DNA of 64,000 nucleotides from a bacterium (lineage in GTDB: Bacteria; Patescibacteriota; Minisyncoccia; UBA6257; Colwellbacteraceae). Every line of letters begins with the position of its first letter. Position 1 is the stretch's first letter. The translations under genes were made by a program, and so were the position numbers. The DNA lies in the NCBI GenBank assembly GCA_029548485.1, contig JAKPNH010000006.1:13937-77936 (forward strand). Reading direction: 5' to 3'. The notes under the pieces are model-generated. The model made no database searches. It was given only the letters and a program-made list of their open reading frames with translations, and had not been told where the DNA came from. Shown piece by piece: positions 25,824 to 35,437 of this stretch.

Positions 25824-28004
25824 ATGAATTCGGTTTCCCTCAAAACTCCGCTTTCGGCCGTCAAAGGCATCGGGCCGAAGTTCCTCGATAAACTCGAAAA
25901 AATCGATATCAAAACCGCCGGAGACCTTTTATGGCATTTTCCGGTGCGGTACGACGACTGGAGCCATGTCACCGACGTCAAAGATCTGCGTCCGGGCGAA
26001 TACGCGGTCATCCGCGCCGAAGTTAAAAAAATCGGCTTCCGCAAAAGCTGGATCCAAAAGCTCGCCATTGTCGAGGCGGTTCTCGAAGACGAGTCGGGAA
26101 GCGTTCGGACGATCTGGTTCGGCCAGCCGTTCATCAAAAAAGTTCTTGGCGAAGGAAAGCAGGCTTTTTTCTCCGGAAAGGTCCTCGCCGGAAAAAAGGG
26201 AATCTTCCTTTCCAACCCCGCTTACGAAACCGTTTCCGACGAAGAAAATATCGACGAGCTTTTTCCGAAGCGTGAACTTCTCGCCATTTATCCGGAAACA
26301 AAAGGCCTTACTTCCAAAGGCATCAGGTTCGTGATCAATAAAGTCTTACCGAACCTCGAAAGAATTCCGGATTTCATTCCGGGAGAGATCCTGAAAAAAA
26401 ACGGTTTTCCGGAAATAAACCAAGCTTTGCGGGACGTCCATATTCCCAAAAGCTCGGCCGAGGCGAACGCCGCCAAAGAACGTTTCGCTTTCGAGGAGCT
26501 GTTTTTGCTCCAGCTTGGCCACCTGCTCGAGAAAAAAAGGCTGGCGAGAACCAAGGCGCCGTCGATCGAATTCAATCTCGATTTCGTGAAGTGGGCGTTG
26601 GGAGAGCTTCCTTACGGTCTGACCTTTTCCCAAAAAAGGAGCCTTTACGAAGTTTTGAAGGATATCGAACGCCACCAGCCGATGAATCGTTTGCTCCAGG
26701 GAGACGTCGGTTCCGGGAAAACGGTCATCGCTTTGATCGCCGCCATGGAAACGGCGGAGAGCGGGTATCAGGCGGTTTTCATGGCGCCGACGGAGATCCT
26801 GGCCAGTCAGCATTATCAGACTTTCAAGAAGCTTTTCTCCGATTTCGGACACCCGATCGGGCTCATGACCGCCAAATCGAAGCTGGCCTTTTACGGCGAC
26901 AACTTGGAATCGGAAATGAAGAAAAAAGACTTGCTTCAGGAAGTGGAAAACGGAAGGATCAAAATATTGATCGGCACTCACGCCTTGATCGCCAAATCCT
27001 CCGGAGAAAACAAAGCTAGATTCAACAATTTGGGGCTGATCGTCGTCGACGAGCAGCACCGTTTCGGCGTCCGCCAGAGGGCCGAGCTTGTCCAAAATCA
27101 GGCGCGGAAATCTCCCGGCCTCACCCCGCACTTTTTGAGCATGTCGGCGACGCCCATTCCTCGCACTTTGGCGATCACCATTTTCGGGGATTTGGATCTG
27201 TCGACGATCGACGAACTGCCCCAGGGCAGAAAACCGATAATCACCAAAGTGGTCGATCCCCTGAACCGGGACAAAGCCTACGCTTTCATCCGGGGCGAGA
27301 TCAGGAAAGGGCGCCAGGCTTTTGTCGTCTGCCCGCGGATAGAATCCCGCGAAGACGATTACGAATACGATTTTTCCGAAGACGGGAAAACAGACGCCCG
27401 GAAATCCGGATGGTCTGAGACGAAGACCGTCAAAAAAGAATACGAAAGACTTTCCAAGAAAGTTTTCCCCGATCTCAAGGTGGCCATGATCCACGGGAAA
27501 ATGAAAGCCGAAGAAAAACAAAAAACGATGGAAGATTTTAAAACGAGGAAATCGGACATTTTGGTTTCCACGTCGGTCATCGAGGTCGGCGTGGACATCC
27601 CGAACGCCACGATCATGATGATCGAGGGCGCGGAAAGATTCGGCTTGGCCCAGCTCTACCAATTCCGGGGAAGGGTCGGCCGCGGTGAACACCAGTCTTT
27701 CTGTGTTCTTTTCACGGAGTCCTCTAACGAAACGACCCGCCAAAGGCTGAAAGCCCTGCTTGAAGCCAAAAACGGATTCGAATTGGCGGAAAAAGACTTG
27801 GAGATCAGGGGCCCGGGCGCTTTGCTCGGCTCGGAGCAGACCGGGCTTCCGGATACGACCATGAGGGCTCTGCGGAATCCCGCGATGATCAAGCTCGGCC
27901 GGCAATCGGCGGAAGAGATCATCGTGAAAGACCCGACTTTGAGATCTTACCCGGCGCTCAAAGAGCGTTTGGAAAAATTCAAAGAAAACATCCATTTGGA
28001 ATGA
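25824..28004 (+). CDS. recG: ATP-dependent DNA helicase RecG. An alternative upstream start lies at 25740.
   Basis: 'GDVGSGKTVIA', 'DEQHRFGV' and the wedge-domain N-terminus. The first 28 codons of the 25740 ORF are Arg-rich and atypical. Confidence 0.85.
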   Translation: MNSVSLKTPLSAVKGIGPKFLDKLEKIDIKTAGDLLWHFPVRYDDWSHVTDVKDLRPGEYAVIRAEVKKIGFRKSWIQKLAIVEAVLEDESGSVRTIWFGQPFIKKVLGEGKQAFFSGKVLAGKKGIFLSNPAYETVSDEENIDELFPKRELLAIYPETKGLTSKGIRFVINKVLPNLERIPDFIPGEILKKNGFPEINQALRDVHIPKSSAEANAAKERFAFEELFLLQLGHLLEKKRLARTKAPSIEFNLDFVKWALGELPYGLTFSQKRSLYEVLKDIERHQPMNRLLQGDVGSGKTVIALIAAMETAESGYQAVFMAPTEILASQHYQTFKKLFSDFGHPIGLMTAKSKLAFYGDNLESEMKKKDLLQEVENGRIKILIGTHALIAKSSGENKARFNNLGLIVVDEQHRFGVRQRAELVQNQARKSPGLTPHFLSMSATPIPRTLAITIFGDLDLSTIDELPQGRKPIITKVVDPLNRDKAYAFIRGEIRKGRQAFVVCPRIESREDDYEYDFSEDGKTDARKSGWSETKTVKKEYERLSKKVFPDLKVAMIHGKMKAEEKQKTMEDFKTRKSDILVSTSVIEVGVDIPNATIMMIEGAERFGLAQLYQFRGRVGRGEHQSFCVLFTESSNETTRQRLKALLEAKNGFELAEKDLEIRGPGALLGSEQTGLPDTTMRALRNPAMIKLGRQSAEEIIVKDPTLRSYPALKERLEKFKENIHLE

Positions 28005-28049
28005 CGGATTTATTGCCAACCATCGTTTTTTTTGGCAGTATGAAATCAC

Positions 28050-28122
28050 GCTCCTATCGTCTAGTGGCCTAGGACATCAGGTTTTCATCCTGGAAACCCG
28101 GGTTCGATTCCCGGTGGGAGCG
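28050..28122 (+). tRNA. tRNA-Glu (anticodon TTC). CCA is not encoded.
   Basis: Manual fold: anticodon loop TTTTCAT, acceptor GCTCCTA/TGGGAGC. Confidence 0.85.
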
Positions 28123-28181
28123 CTCTCTTAAAGAAACTCGTTTTTTATCGTCCTCGTCGGGAATAGGGTATTATTAATAAT

Positions 28182-29642
28182 ATGAATATACCGGTGGAAG
28201 TCAGCGCCATCATCGAAAGGCTCGAAAAATCCGGATTCAAGGCTTATGTCGTCGGCGGTTCGGTCCGCGATTTTCTGCTCGGCAAAAAACCGAAAGACTG
28301 GGACGTGGCGACTGACGCCGCGCCCGAAGAGACCCAGGAAATATTCAAGGACAGCGTTTACGAAAACGCTTTCGGCACCGTCGGCGTCAAAACCGGATCC
28401 GAAGATCCGGATTTGAAAGTCGTCGAAGCGACCACTTTCCGGATAGAGGGGAAATATTCGGACAAAAGGCATCCGGACAAAGTCAGATTCGCCAAAACCA
28501 TCGAGGAAGATCTCTCGCGCCGCGATTTCACCATTAATGCCATGGCCATGTCCGCGGTCAAAGGCAAGGCGGACGACATCATCGATCCTTTCGAGGGGCA
28601 AACCGATCTGAAAAAGAAAATCATTCGGACCGTGGGCGATCCGGACAAGCGTTTCGAGGAAGACGCATTGCGTCTGATGCGGGCCGTCAGGTTTTCCGCT
28701 GAGCTCGGCTTCGAAATCGAAGAAAAGACCTTCTCCGCCATTAAAAAGAATGCTGATCTGTTGAAATCGGTTTCGGAAGAGAGGATCCGCGACGAATTCG
28801 AGAAAATCATCATGTCCGAACGAGCGGCCGATGGCGTGGAGCTGCTAGAGGCGGCCGGCCTTCTCGAATATATTCTTCCGGAGCTGAGGGAGGGCATCGG
28901 CGTCGGACAAAACAAGCACCACATCTATTCCATCTGGGAGCATTCAATAAAGGCGCTCGATTACGCCGCCAAGAAAAATTATTCTTTGGAGGTTCGGCTG
29001 GCGGCCTTGCTCCACGACATCGGCAAGCCGGACACCAAAAAAGGCGACGGACCGGATTCGACTTTTTACAATCACGAAATGGTCGGCGCGAAAATCGCCA
29101 AAAAGATCATGGAGCGGCTGAAATTCTCGAAAAAAACCGGCGACAAAGTGGTCCATCTGGTGCGGCACCATCTTTTTTATTATAACGTCGACGAAGTGAC
29201 TCCGGCCGGAGTGAGGAGGTTTATCGCCCGCGTCGGCGAAGAGCACATCGACGATCTTTTAAAGCTCCGCGAAGCCGACCGCATCGGTTCGGGAGTGCCC
29301 AAGGCGGTGCCTTACAAGACGAGGCATCTGCTTTTCATGATCGACAAGGTGAAGCGGGATCCGATTTCTCCGAAGATGATCAAATTGAACGGAAGCGATC
29401 TGATGGACTTGCTTGAGATCGAACCCGGGCCGCGGATCGGATGGATCTTGAATGTGCTTTTGGAAGAAGTTTTGGATGATCCGGAATTGAACGTCGAATC
29501 GAAACTCGAAAAGCGCGCCCGAGAATTGAACGATCTGTCCGACAAGGAGCTTGCGGCCATGGCCGACAAAGCCAAAGAAACCAAGCAGGAATTCGAAGAG
29601 GGAATCGAAACGGAAATGAAGAAAAAACACTACGTCAAATAA
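28182..29642 (+). CDS. cca: CCA-adding tRNA nucleotidyltransferase (PolA head + HD domain)
   Basis: 'YVVGGSVRDFLLGK..KDWDVAT', 'RRDFTINAMA' and the HD motif 'LLHDIGKP'. Confidence 0.85.
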   Translation: MNIPVEVSAIIERLEKSGFKAYVVGGSVRDFLLGKKPKDWDVATDAAPEETQEIFKDSVYENAFGTVGVKTGSEDPDLKVVEATTFRIEGKYSDKRHPDKVRFAKTIEEDLSRRDFTINAMAMSAVKGKADDIIDPFEGQTDLKKKIIRTVGDPDKRFEEDALRLMRAVRFSAELGFEIEEKTFSAIKKNADLLKSVSEERIRDEFEKIIMSERAADGVELLEAAGLLEYILPELREGIGVGQNKHHIYSIWEHSIKALDYAAKKNYSLEVRLAALLHDIGKPDTKKGDGPDSTFYNHEMVGAKIAKKIMERLKFSKKTGDKVVHLVRHHLFYYNVDEVTPAGVRRFIARVGEEHIDDLLKLREADRIGSGVPKAVPYKTRHLLFMIDKVKRDPISPKMIKLNGSDLMDLLEIEPGPRIGWILNVLLEEVLDDPELNVESKLEKRARELNDLSDKELAAMADKAKETKQEFEEGIETEMKKKHYVK

Positions 29643-30073
29643 TGAAGATCCGCGTCAAAAGATTCGACAAAAGCCTGTTGCTTCCGGAATACAAAACGGC
29701 CGGCGCCGGAGCTTTTGACCTCACGAGCCGCGAACGCGTGGAGATAGATCCCGGAGAGATCGGCTATGTCCCTTTGAACGTCGCGATAGAAACACCCGAA
29801 GGGTTCGTCACTCTTCTTGTCGCGAGAAGCTCGCTCCACAAAAAGGGATTGTGGCTCGCGAACGGATTGGGCGTCATCGATTCGGATTTTTGCGGGGACG
29901 AAGACGAATTGAAGGCGGTTTGTTTCAACTTCACGGATAAACCGATCGCGGTCGAAAAAGGCGACCGTGTTTGCCAGGCGGTCGTTTTGAAGCGCGAAAA
30001 AGCCGAATGGGAAGAAATCGATCGCATGGAGAAGAAAACCAGGGGAGGATTCGGGACTACCGGCGAAAAGTAG
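29642..30073 (+). CDS. dut: dUTP diphosphatase
   Basis: 'AGAGAFDL', 'GVIDSDFCG' and the C-terminal 'RGGFGTTG'. There is a 1-nt overlap with the cca stop. Confidence 0.8.
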   Translation: MKIRVKRFDKSLLLPEYKTAGAGAFDLTSRERVEIDPGEIGYVPLNVAIETPEGFVTLLVARSSLHKKGLWLANGLGVIDSDFCGDEDELKAVCFNFTDKPIAVEKGDRVCQAVVLKREKAEWEEIDRMEKKTRGGFGTTGEK

Positions 30074-30110
30074 ACGAAAAGCGCTTTTTGCGATTAAATA
30101 GGATAGTCGA

Positions 30111-30181
30111 CGGGCTGTAGTATACCGGTAGTACGTGCGCTTCGGGTGCGTAAAGACCGAGTTCGATTCTCGGCAGCCCGA
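30111..30181 (+). tRNA. tRNA-Pro (anticodon CGG). C1:G72 and A73 are the bacterial Pro identity elements.
   Basis: Manual fold: acceptor CGGGCTG/CAGCCCG, anticodon loop TTCGGGT. Confidence 0.7.
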
Positions 30182-30257
30182 CAATAAATGATCTGGGACG
30201 CGGTTCATCCACAATTTCTTTTCGACAAGGCAAGAATGGAATATAATAATAAGCACT

Positions 30258-31178
30258 ATGCCAAGGAAGCCTAAAAAAGAAGACAAAAAAGAAGGCGGAT
30301 TGAATGTCCGCGTAATCAAAGGCGAGTCCGAAGACGAAAAGATCGAAGAACCGGCTGTTTCCGCCGAGGAAACGGTCCTGTTCCTCAAAAAACACGCTGT
30401 CAGCGCTTGCCCCGAACCGGAAACGAACGATAAGCCGGAGGATGGCTATGAAGATTGGGAAGACGACGAGCCAGGGAGCCGCAAGAAGAGAAAGCTGTCG
30501 ATAATGTTGAGGACCGTCGTTTTCCTTTTGATGGTCGCGGCCGTATGGTTCGGATTGAAACTGGCGAACAAAAGCGGATACAGCGCCTGCCTTTCGGACA
30601 ACGGAGTTAACGCCGGGAATTGCGGCGTCGCTTTGCAAAAACTGGAAGACGATTTGGTCATCGATAAAACGAGGCTGGCCGACGCCGGAAGCATCATCGC
30701 CGGACTCCAGAAATACAGCGTCGAAAAAAGAGCTTTGCCGGAAAACCTGTCCGGGCTTTTGTCCGGCGGATACATTCCCAAGGCTTACAGCGATCCCGAA
30801 TTCGACAAACCATATTTTTATAAGAAACAGAACAATACTTCTTACAGCTTTTGCGTTTATCTTTCTTCCGGAGCCTGGGGCGTGAATCCCGCCGGGTGTC
30901 CGAGCAAGGAAAGCTATTTGAGCGGAATCTCCGAAGAAGAGACGACGCCGACGCCGGAGACGAGGACCGTCACCGTCCAGGAAACGTCTATCGGCTGGCT
31001 GAACGTGCGGCAATCTCCGACTACGGATTCGACGATCATCACCAAGGCTTACGCCGGAGAACAATACCGGGTGCTCGAGGAAAAAGGAGATTGGCTCCGC
31101 ATTCCGCTTAAATCTTCGGTTCTCATAAACGGCGAACAGGTGATCGAGGGCTGGGTTTACAAGAGCTACGTCAAATAG
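30258..31178 (+). CDS. Membrane protein with a C-terminal SH3b domain
   Basis: An acidic N-terminal tail, a TM segment 'TVVFLLMVAAVWFGL', and a C-terminal 'GWLNVRQSPT...GEQYRVLEEKGDWLRI...GWVYKSYV'. Confidence 0.55.
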   Translation: MPRKPKKEDKKEGGLNVRVIKGESEDEKIEEPAVSAEETVLFLKKHAVSACPEPETNDKPEDGYEDWEDDEPGSRKKRKLSIMLRTVVFLLMVAAVWFGLKLANKSGYSACLSDNGVNAGNCGVALQKLEDDLVIDKTRLADAGSIIAGLQKYSVEKRALPENLSGLLSGGYIPKAYSDPEFDKPYFYKKQNNTSYSFCVYLSSGAWGVNPAGCPSKESYLSGISEEETTPTPETRTVTVQETSIGWLNVRQSPTTDSTIITKAYAGEQYRVLEEKGDWLRIPLKSSVLINGEQVIEGWVYKSYVK

Positions 31179-31208
31179 AGCCGAATTTGTGTTATAATTC
31201 GTGAAAGG

Positions 31209-31583
31209 TTGAAAGCCGTCGCCGCGGACGACGCATGGGGTTCTTTATCTTTGTCCGCAGAGGCGGAAAAATATAAAAAAATGTCATTTATCGCCCTAAT
31301 CCATTTAACGGGATCTGTTCTCGGAGCGGTGATGGCTGTTTTCAATTATCGACAGAGCCGTACTTTGATCGGATCTTTTTTCCCAAAATACTACCAACTG
31401 ACAGTTCTGGCTTCGACTTTACTGGCCATCGGTTTCGCCGGAAAGTGTTTTGTTTTAGACAAGCCCGGAAGCGTCGCTGATGGCTTGGTGCAGTTTATCC
31501 TTTTGGCCGCCGCCGGCGTTTATGCTTCGGCGATCATCGTCTGGCCGAAAGAAGCCAATAGATATTTGAGCTGTAAGCTTTAA
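31209..31583 (+). CDS. Hypothetical integral membrane protein
   Basis: Three predicted TM helices. The start is uncertain; an alternative Met lies at 31281. Confidence 0.4.
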   Translation: MKAVAADDAWGSLSLSAEAEKYKKMSFIALIHLTGSVLGAVMAVFNYRQSRTLIGSFFPKYYQLTVLASTLLAIGFAGKCFVLDKPGSVADGLVQFILLAAAGVYASAIIVWPKEANRYLSCKL

Positions 31584-31648
31584 ACGCATCCTCGGAGCGC
31601 TTTATCGGAGCCTTGGTAAAAGGCGCGTTTTCGCCTAAACTTAAGCTT

Positions 31649-32653
31649 ATGAAGATTTCTTTTTTCGAGATCGAAGATTGGGAAGCGGAATATCTGAAAT
31701 CCAAGCTTCCCGGACACGAGCTTTTTTTCTCTCCGAAACGGATCGATAAAAACAATCTCGCGGAGGCCGGGGATTTCGACGCCGTTTCGGTTTTCACCGG
31801 CTCCAAAATCGACCAGCCGGTTATAGAGGCTCTGCCGAACTTGAAATTTATCGCCACCCGGACCACGGGATTCGACCATATCGATCTTGTCGCCACCGCG
31901 GGGAAAAACATCGTCGTCAGTAATGTCCCTTCATACGGGGAAAATACGGTCGCCGAGCACGCCTTCGCGCTTCTGCTTTCCATTTCGAGGAAGATTTTCC
32001 AGTCCTTCGACCGCATCAAGGAAACCGGATCGTTCAATCAGGAAGGGCTCCAAGGATTTGATCTGAAAGGCAAGGTTATCGGCGTTATCGGTGTCGGCCG
32101 CATCGGAGAATACGCGATCCGCATCGCCAAGGGGTTCGGAATGGAGGTTATCGCTTACGACGCTTTCCCCAAAGCCGGTTTGGAGGCGGAACTAGGGTTC
32201 AAATACGTGACTTTCGAGGAACTTTTGAAGAATTCGGACGTGATCACCTTGCATGTGCCGCTTTTGCCGGAGACGACGCATATGATCAACAAAGAAACTT
32301 TGAAGCTCGTTAAGAAAGACTGCGTTTTGATCAATACCGCGAGGGGAGCGGTCGTCGATACGACCGCCTTGATCGAAGCTTTGCATGAAGGCCGGCTCGG
32401 CGGCGCCGGGCTCGATGTCTTGGAAGAAGAAGTGCCGACCCAGGACGAAAGGCAGTTTTTGCTTTACGGACGTCCGGAAGAGCACGATTTGAAAAAAATC
32501 CTGGAGAACCACGTTTTGATCGACATGGAAAACGTCGTCATCACGCCGCACAACGCCTTCAACACCAAAGAGGCGCTCAAGAGGATTCTCGATACGACCG
32601 CGGATAATATCGAAAAATTCGTCGCCGGAGCCCCGCAGAATCTGGTGAAATAA
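31649..32653 (+). CDS. D-isomer-specific 2-hydroxyacid dehydrogenase (D-lactate/glycerate dehydrogenase family)
   Basis: 'GVIGVGRIGEYAIRIAKGFGMEVIAYD' (NAD-binding GxGxxG) and the 'TARGAVVD' catalytic region. Confidence 0.8.
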   Translation: MKISFFEIEDWEAEYLKSKLPGHELFFSPKRIDKNNLAEAGDFDAVSVFTGSKIDQPVIEALPNLKFIATRTTGFDHIDLVATAGKNIVVSNVPSYGENTVAEHAFALLLSISRKIFQSFDRIKETGSFNQEGLQGFDLKGKVIGVIGVGRIGEYAIRIAKGFGMEVIAYDAFPKAGLEAELGFKYVTFEELLKNSDVITLHVPLLPETTHMINKETLKLVKKDCVLINTARGAVVDTTALIEALHEGRLGGAGLDVLEEEVPTQDERQFLLYGRPEEHDLKKILENHVLIDMENVVITPHNAFNTKEALKRILDTTADNIEKFVAGAPQNLVK

Positions 32654-32660
32654 TTCGGCC

Positions 32661-33227
32661 ATGGATTACAAGGAGGCGGGGATAAAACTCCTTCGGGAGA
32701 ACATCAAAAACGAGAATCTCGTCAAGCACAATCTGGCGGCCGGAGCTTTGATGAAGAGCCTCGCGGATTATTTCGGTGAGTCCGACCAAAAAGATCTTTG
32801 GGAGCTTGCCGGATTGCTCCACGATATCGATTGGGAGAAAACGAGCGAGCGGCCGGAAGAGCACGGTAAAGTCGGTGAAGCGATTATCCGCGAAGCCGGA
32901 TTGCCGGAAGAAGTCGCCTTGGCCGTCCGCCGGCACAATTTCATGTCCGGAGTGGAAGCGCCGGAAACTTTGATGGAAAAAGCGCTTTACTATTGCGAAG
33001 AGATTACCGGCCTCGTGGTCGCCGCCGCTTTGGTCTTGCCGAGCAGAAAACTCATGGACGTCACTCCGGAAACGGTTCTGAAAAGATTCAAGGAAAAGGC
33101 TTTCGCCCGCGGCGTGAACCGGGAATTGCTGCTCGAGGCGCCGAAGCACCTTGAAATCACTTTGGAGAAAATGGCAGAATTGGCCGTGCGGTCGATGCAG
33201 AATATCCACGAAGAATTGGGATTGTAG
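32661..33227 (+). CDS. HD/HDIG-domain phosphohydrolase
   Basis: 'LLHDIDWE' and 'RRHNF'. Confidence 0.65.
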   Translation: MDYKEAGIKLLRENIKNENLVKHNLAAGALMKSLADYFGESDQKDLWELAGLLHDIDWEKTSERPEEHGKVGEAIIREAGLPEEVALAVRRHNFMSGVEAPETLMEKALYYCEEITGLVVAAALVLPSRKLMDVTPETVLKRFKEKAFARGVNRELLLEAPKHLEITLEKMAELAVRSMQNIHEELGL

Positions 33228-33229
33228 CC

Positions 33230-33436
33230 ATGGGAATATTCGATCAGATGAAGGCGGCGCAGGAAATGATGAAAAACATGTCTCCGGACGATTTGCGGAA
33301 CATGATGAAACAGGCCGAAGACAGCAAGAAGATGCTCGAAGAAATGGTGAAGAAGGCGGTTGAAGAGGAAATTGTGAAGAGGGATTTGATTTCCCGGAGC
33401 GAAGCCGAAAAACTCCTCCGGGGTTTTGAAAAATAG
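33230..33436 (+). CDS. Small helical hypothetical protein (68 aa)
   Basis: A Met/Lys/Glu-rich ORF immediately after the HD gene. Confidence 0.4.
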   Translation: MGIFDQMKAAQEMMKNMSPDDLRNMMKQAEDSKKMLEEMVKKAVEEEIVKRDLISRSEAEKLLRGFEK

Positions 33437-33467
33437 CTTGAGGACTGCTAATCTGAATTGGCAGTTC

Positions 33468-33538
33468 GGGCCTATGGTCTAGTGGCAGAACACGGCATTC
33501 GCATTGCCGGGACGGCGGTTCGATTCCGCCTAGGTCCA
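33468..33538 (+). tRNA. tRNA-Ala (anticodon CGC), with the G3:U70 identity pair
   Basis: Manual fold: acceptor GGGCCTA/TAGGTCC, anticodon loop TTCGCAT. Confidence 0.8.
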
Positions 33539-33669
33539 CAGAATATTTTTTCGCGGCCGATGTTTTTATTGATAAATGATTCGGCTTCGTTCTTGACATT
33601 CACTCAAGAATATGTTCTCTTAAGAGAGTTTTAGAGAGCTCTTTTAAATCCGGAAAGGAGTGAAACTTC

Positions 33670-34323
33670 TTGAGTTTGGACTGGTGGATTGTCGTAACCG
33701 GACTTTTGTTTTGGTTACTCATCTCGCGGCTCAGCAGGCATCAGCCGGAACGCGCCGTAGAATGGCTGTCGGCCATTCTAACGAAAAGTCCTCACGATGG
33801 CGGGCCTTGGCTTTCGAGGCGTATCGGCCCCCTGGAATGGCAAGATTGGTGGCGAAGCATTGGGAAAATGGCACGGATTATCCGCGTCAAGTGTATCCCG
33901 GACAACGACGTGTTGTTGATCGGGGCTTTTCAGGCCACGGACAATGCCGCCGAAGTCGATATCTACCAGGAAGTATTCCGACATCGCCTGGGTCGCCCGG
34001 TCTTTCTTCCTCGCGTTTTCCGACGGGGACTGGAGACTACGGTTCAGGTCGATATAGCTTTCGGCGTCGCGTTACAAGAAGGAAAAGGAATCGTTTTCCT
34101 CGCGACCTGGCTGCATTACTTGAGGGTACTATGGATTATCCGTCGTCACCCGGATTCGAGAACAGTTCCATGGGAACTCTATGGAGCTTTCGGCATTCCA
34201 AGGCCGAAAGAAGCTATCACCGACGTCTTTCTGACGGTCGGATATCCGGTTCTTGACTTACTCGGTCTAAAACAATGGTTTGTAGACTTGACCGATGTTC
34301 GTCGAGCCCAGGGAAAGCACTAG
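33670..34323 (+). CDS. Hypothetical Trp-rich membrane-anchored protein (TTG start)
   Basis: AAAGGAG lies 9 nt upstream of the TTG. The N-terminal TM is 'LDWWIVVTGLLFWLLI'. The stop is followed directly by an intrinsic terminator. Coding status is not certain. Confidence 0.5.
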   Translation: MSLDWWIVVTGLLFWLLISRLSRHQPERAVEWLSAILTKSPHDGGPWLSRRIGPLEWQDWWRSIGKMARIIRVKCIPDNDVLLIGAFQATDNAAEVDIYQEVFRHRLGRPVFLPRVFRRGLETTVQVDIAFGVALQEGKGIVFLATWLHYLRVLWIIRRHPDSRTVPWELYGAFGIPRPKEAITDVFLTVGYPVLDLLGLKQWFVDLTDVRRAQGKH

Positions 34324-34337
34324 CCGTCGAAGAATAA

Positions 34338-34376
34338 GGCCCCGATCGGTATATTACCGAAAGGGGCTTTTTTGTT
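34338..34376 (+). terminator. Intrinsic terminator
   Basis: aggcccc...ggggctt stem with a nested inner stem, followed by TTTTTTG. Confidence 0.65.
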
Positions 34377-34408
34377 TCCAGTCTTTGTTTTTGTGCTAAA
34401 GTATTCTT

Positions 34409-35434
34409 ATGAATCTGGTCGAAATAACGTCGGAAAAAGAATTCGATCCGCTGGCCGTGAATCAAGGCGCGCCTTTTACTCAGAGCTGGTTTTACGGGGA
34501 TTGGCGGGCCGAAGAGAAAAGGGAAGTGAGGCGTTTTTTGATCGAAGACGGAGGCGAAGCTGCGGGCAGCATCCAGGCGATCCGTTATCCGCTTACTTTC
34601 AACAAAAGCTACATATATATACCTTACGGTCCGGTATTGAAGAATAACCTGACGGAAAAAACCGCTTCTTTTTTAAAAAAATCCCTGAAAGAAGTTTTCA
34701 ACGACGGAAAAACGGTTTTTATCCGTTTGGATTTCTGGCCGGCGATAAAAGACCGTTTGGAAAAAACCGCCGGAAAGTTTTTTACAAAATCTCCCAGAAG
34801 CTCTTATCGCGGGTCGAATTTCCAGCCGCGGGCCGAACGGGTGATCGACCTGAAGCAGCCGGAAAACGAAATCTTTCTCGCTATGGAACCGAAGGCGAGG
34901 TACAACGCCAGGCTGGCCTTGAAAAAAGGCGTAATCGTCAAAACCATTACCAAGAATTTTCTGGATTATTTCGAGGATTTTTATTCTTTGATGACGGAAA
35001 CCGCCAGCCGGGACGGCTTCAGCCTTCATCCCCGGAGCTATTACGAAGAAATCTTCAACAGCTTAGAAAAGCGTAAGAATGCTTTTTTGGCCCTGGCGTT
35101 TTACGGAGACACGCTCCTCGTGGCGAACCTCGTCGTTCTTTACGGAGAAACCGCTTTTTTTCTTTTTGGGTCTTCTTCGTCCGAACACCGCGAGCTGATG
35201 CCTTCTTATCTCTGCCAGTGGCAAAGCATGAGAAAGGCGAAAGAGTTCGGGTTTTCCTATTACAGCTTCGGCGGAATAAGCCATAAAGGATTGAACAGAA
35301 GCTGGGAAGGGATCTCCGTTTATAAAAAGAAGTTCGGCGGGTTTATCAAGGAATACTCTCCTTTTTACGATCTGGCCATCCAGCCGTTTTGGTATTATCT
35401 TTATATCCTGAAGAAAGTTTTTTCCGGCCGATAA
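34409..35434 (+). CDS. FemAB-family peptidyltransferase (peptidoglycan interpeptide bridge formation)
   Basis: The FemX-like layout and 'LVVLYGETAFFLFGSSSSEHRELMPSYLCQW'. Confidence 0.75.
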   Translation: MNLVEITSEKEFDPLAVNQGAPFTQSWFYGDWRAEEKREVRRFLIEDGGEAAGSIQAIRYPLTFNKSYIYIPYGPVLKNNLTEKTASFLKKSLKEVFNDGKTVFIRLDFWPAIKDRLEKTAGKFFTKSPRSSYRGSNFQPRAERVIDLKQPENEIFLAMEPKARYNARLALKKGVIVKTITKNFLDYFEDFYSLMTETASRDGFSLHPRSYYEEIFNSLEKRKNAFLALAFYGDTLLVANLVVLYGETAFFLFGSSSSEHRELMPSYLCQWQSMRKAKEFGFSYYSFGGISHKGLNRSWEGISVYKKKFGGFIKEYSPFYDLAIQPFWYYLYILKKVFSGR

Positions 35435-35437
35435 ACC

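Noticed and set aside
33660-34256. 198-codon ORF (GTG start) overlapping the 33670 gene in another frame
   Set aside because: The product is low-complexity Arg/Ser/Gly/Pro-rich with no hydrophobic core. Its start overlaps the RBS. It is probably a by-product of GC-rich composition.
33540-34380. Possible RNase P RNA, tmRNA or SRP RNA in the 0.8-kb gap after tRNA-Ala
   Set aside because: No P4 'GGAAAGUCCGG...ACAGAACCCGGCUUA' motif, no tmRNA tRNA-like 3' end (GGUUCGA...CCA), and no SRP domain IV motif were found. A coding interpretation with RBS and terminator fits better.
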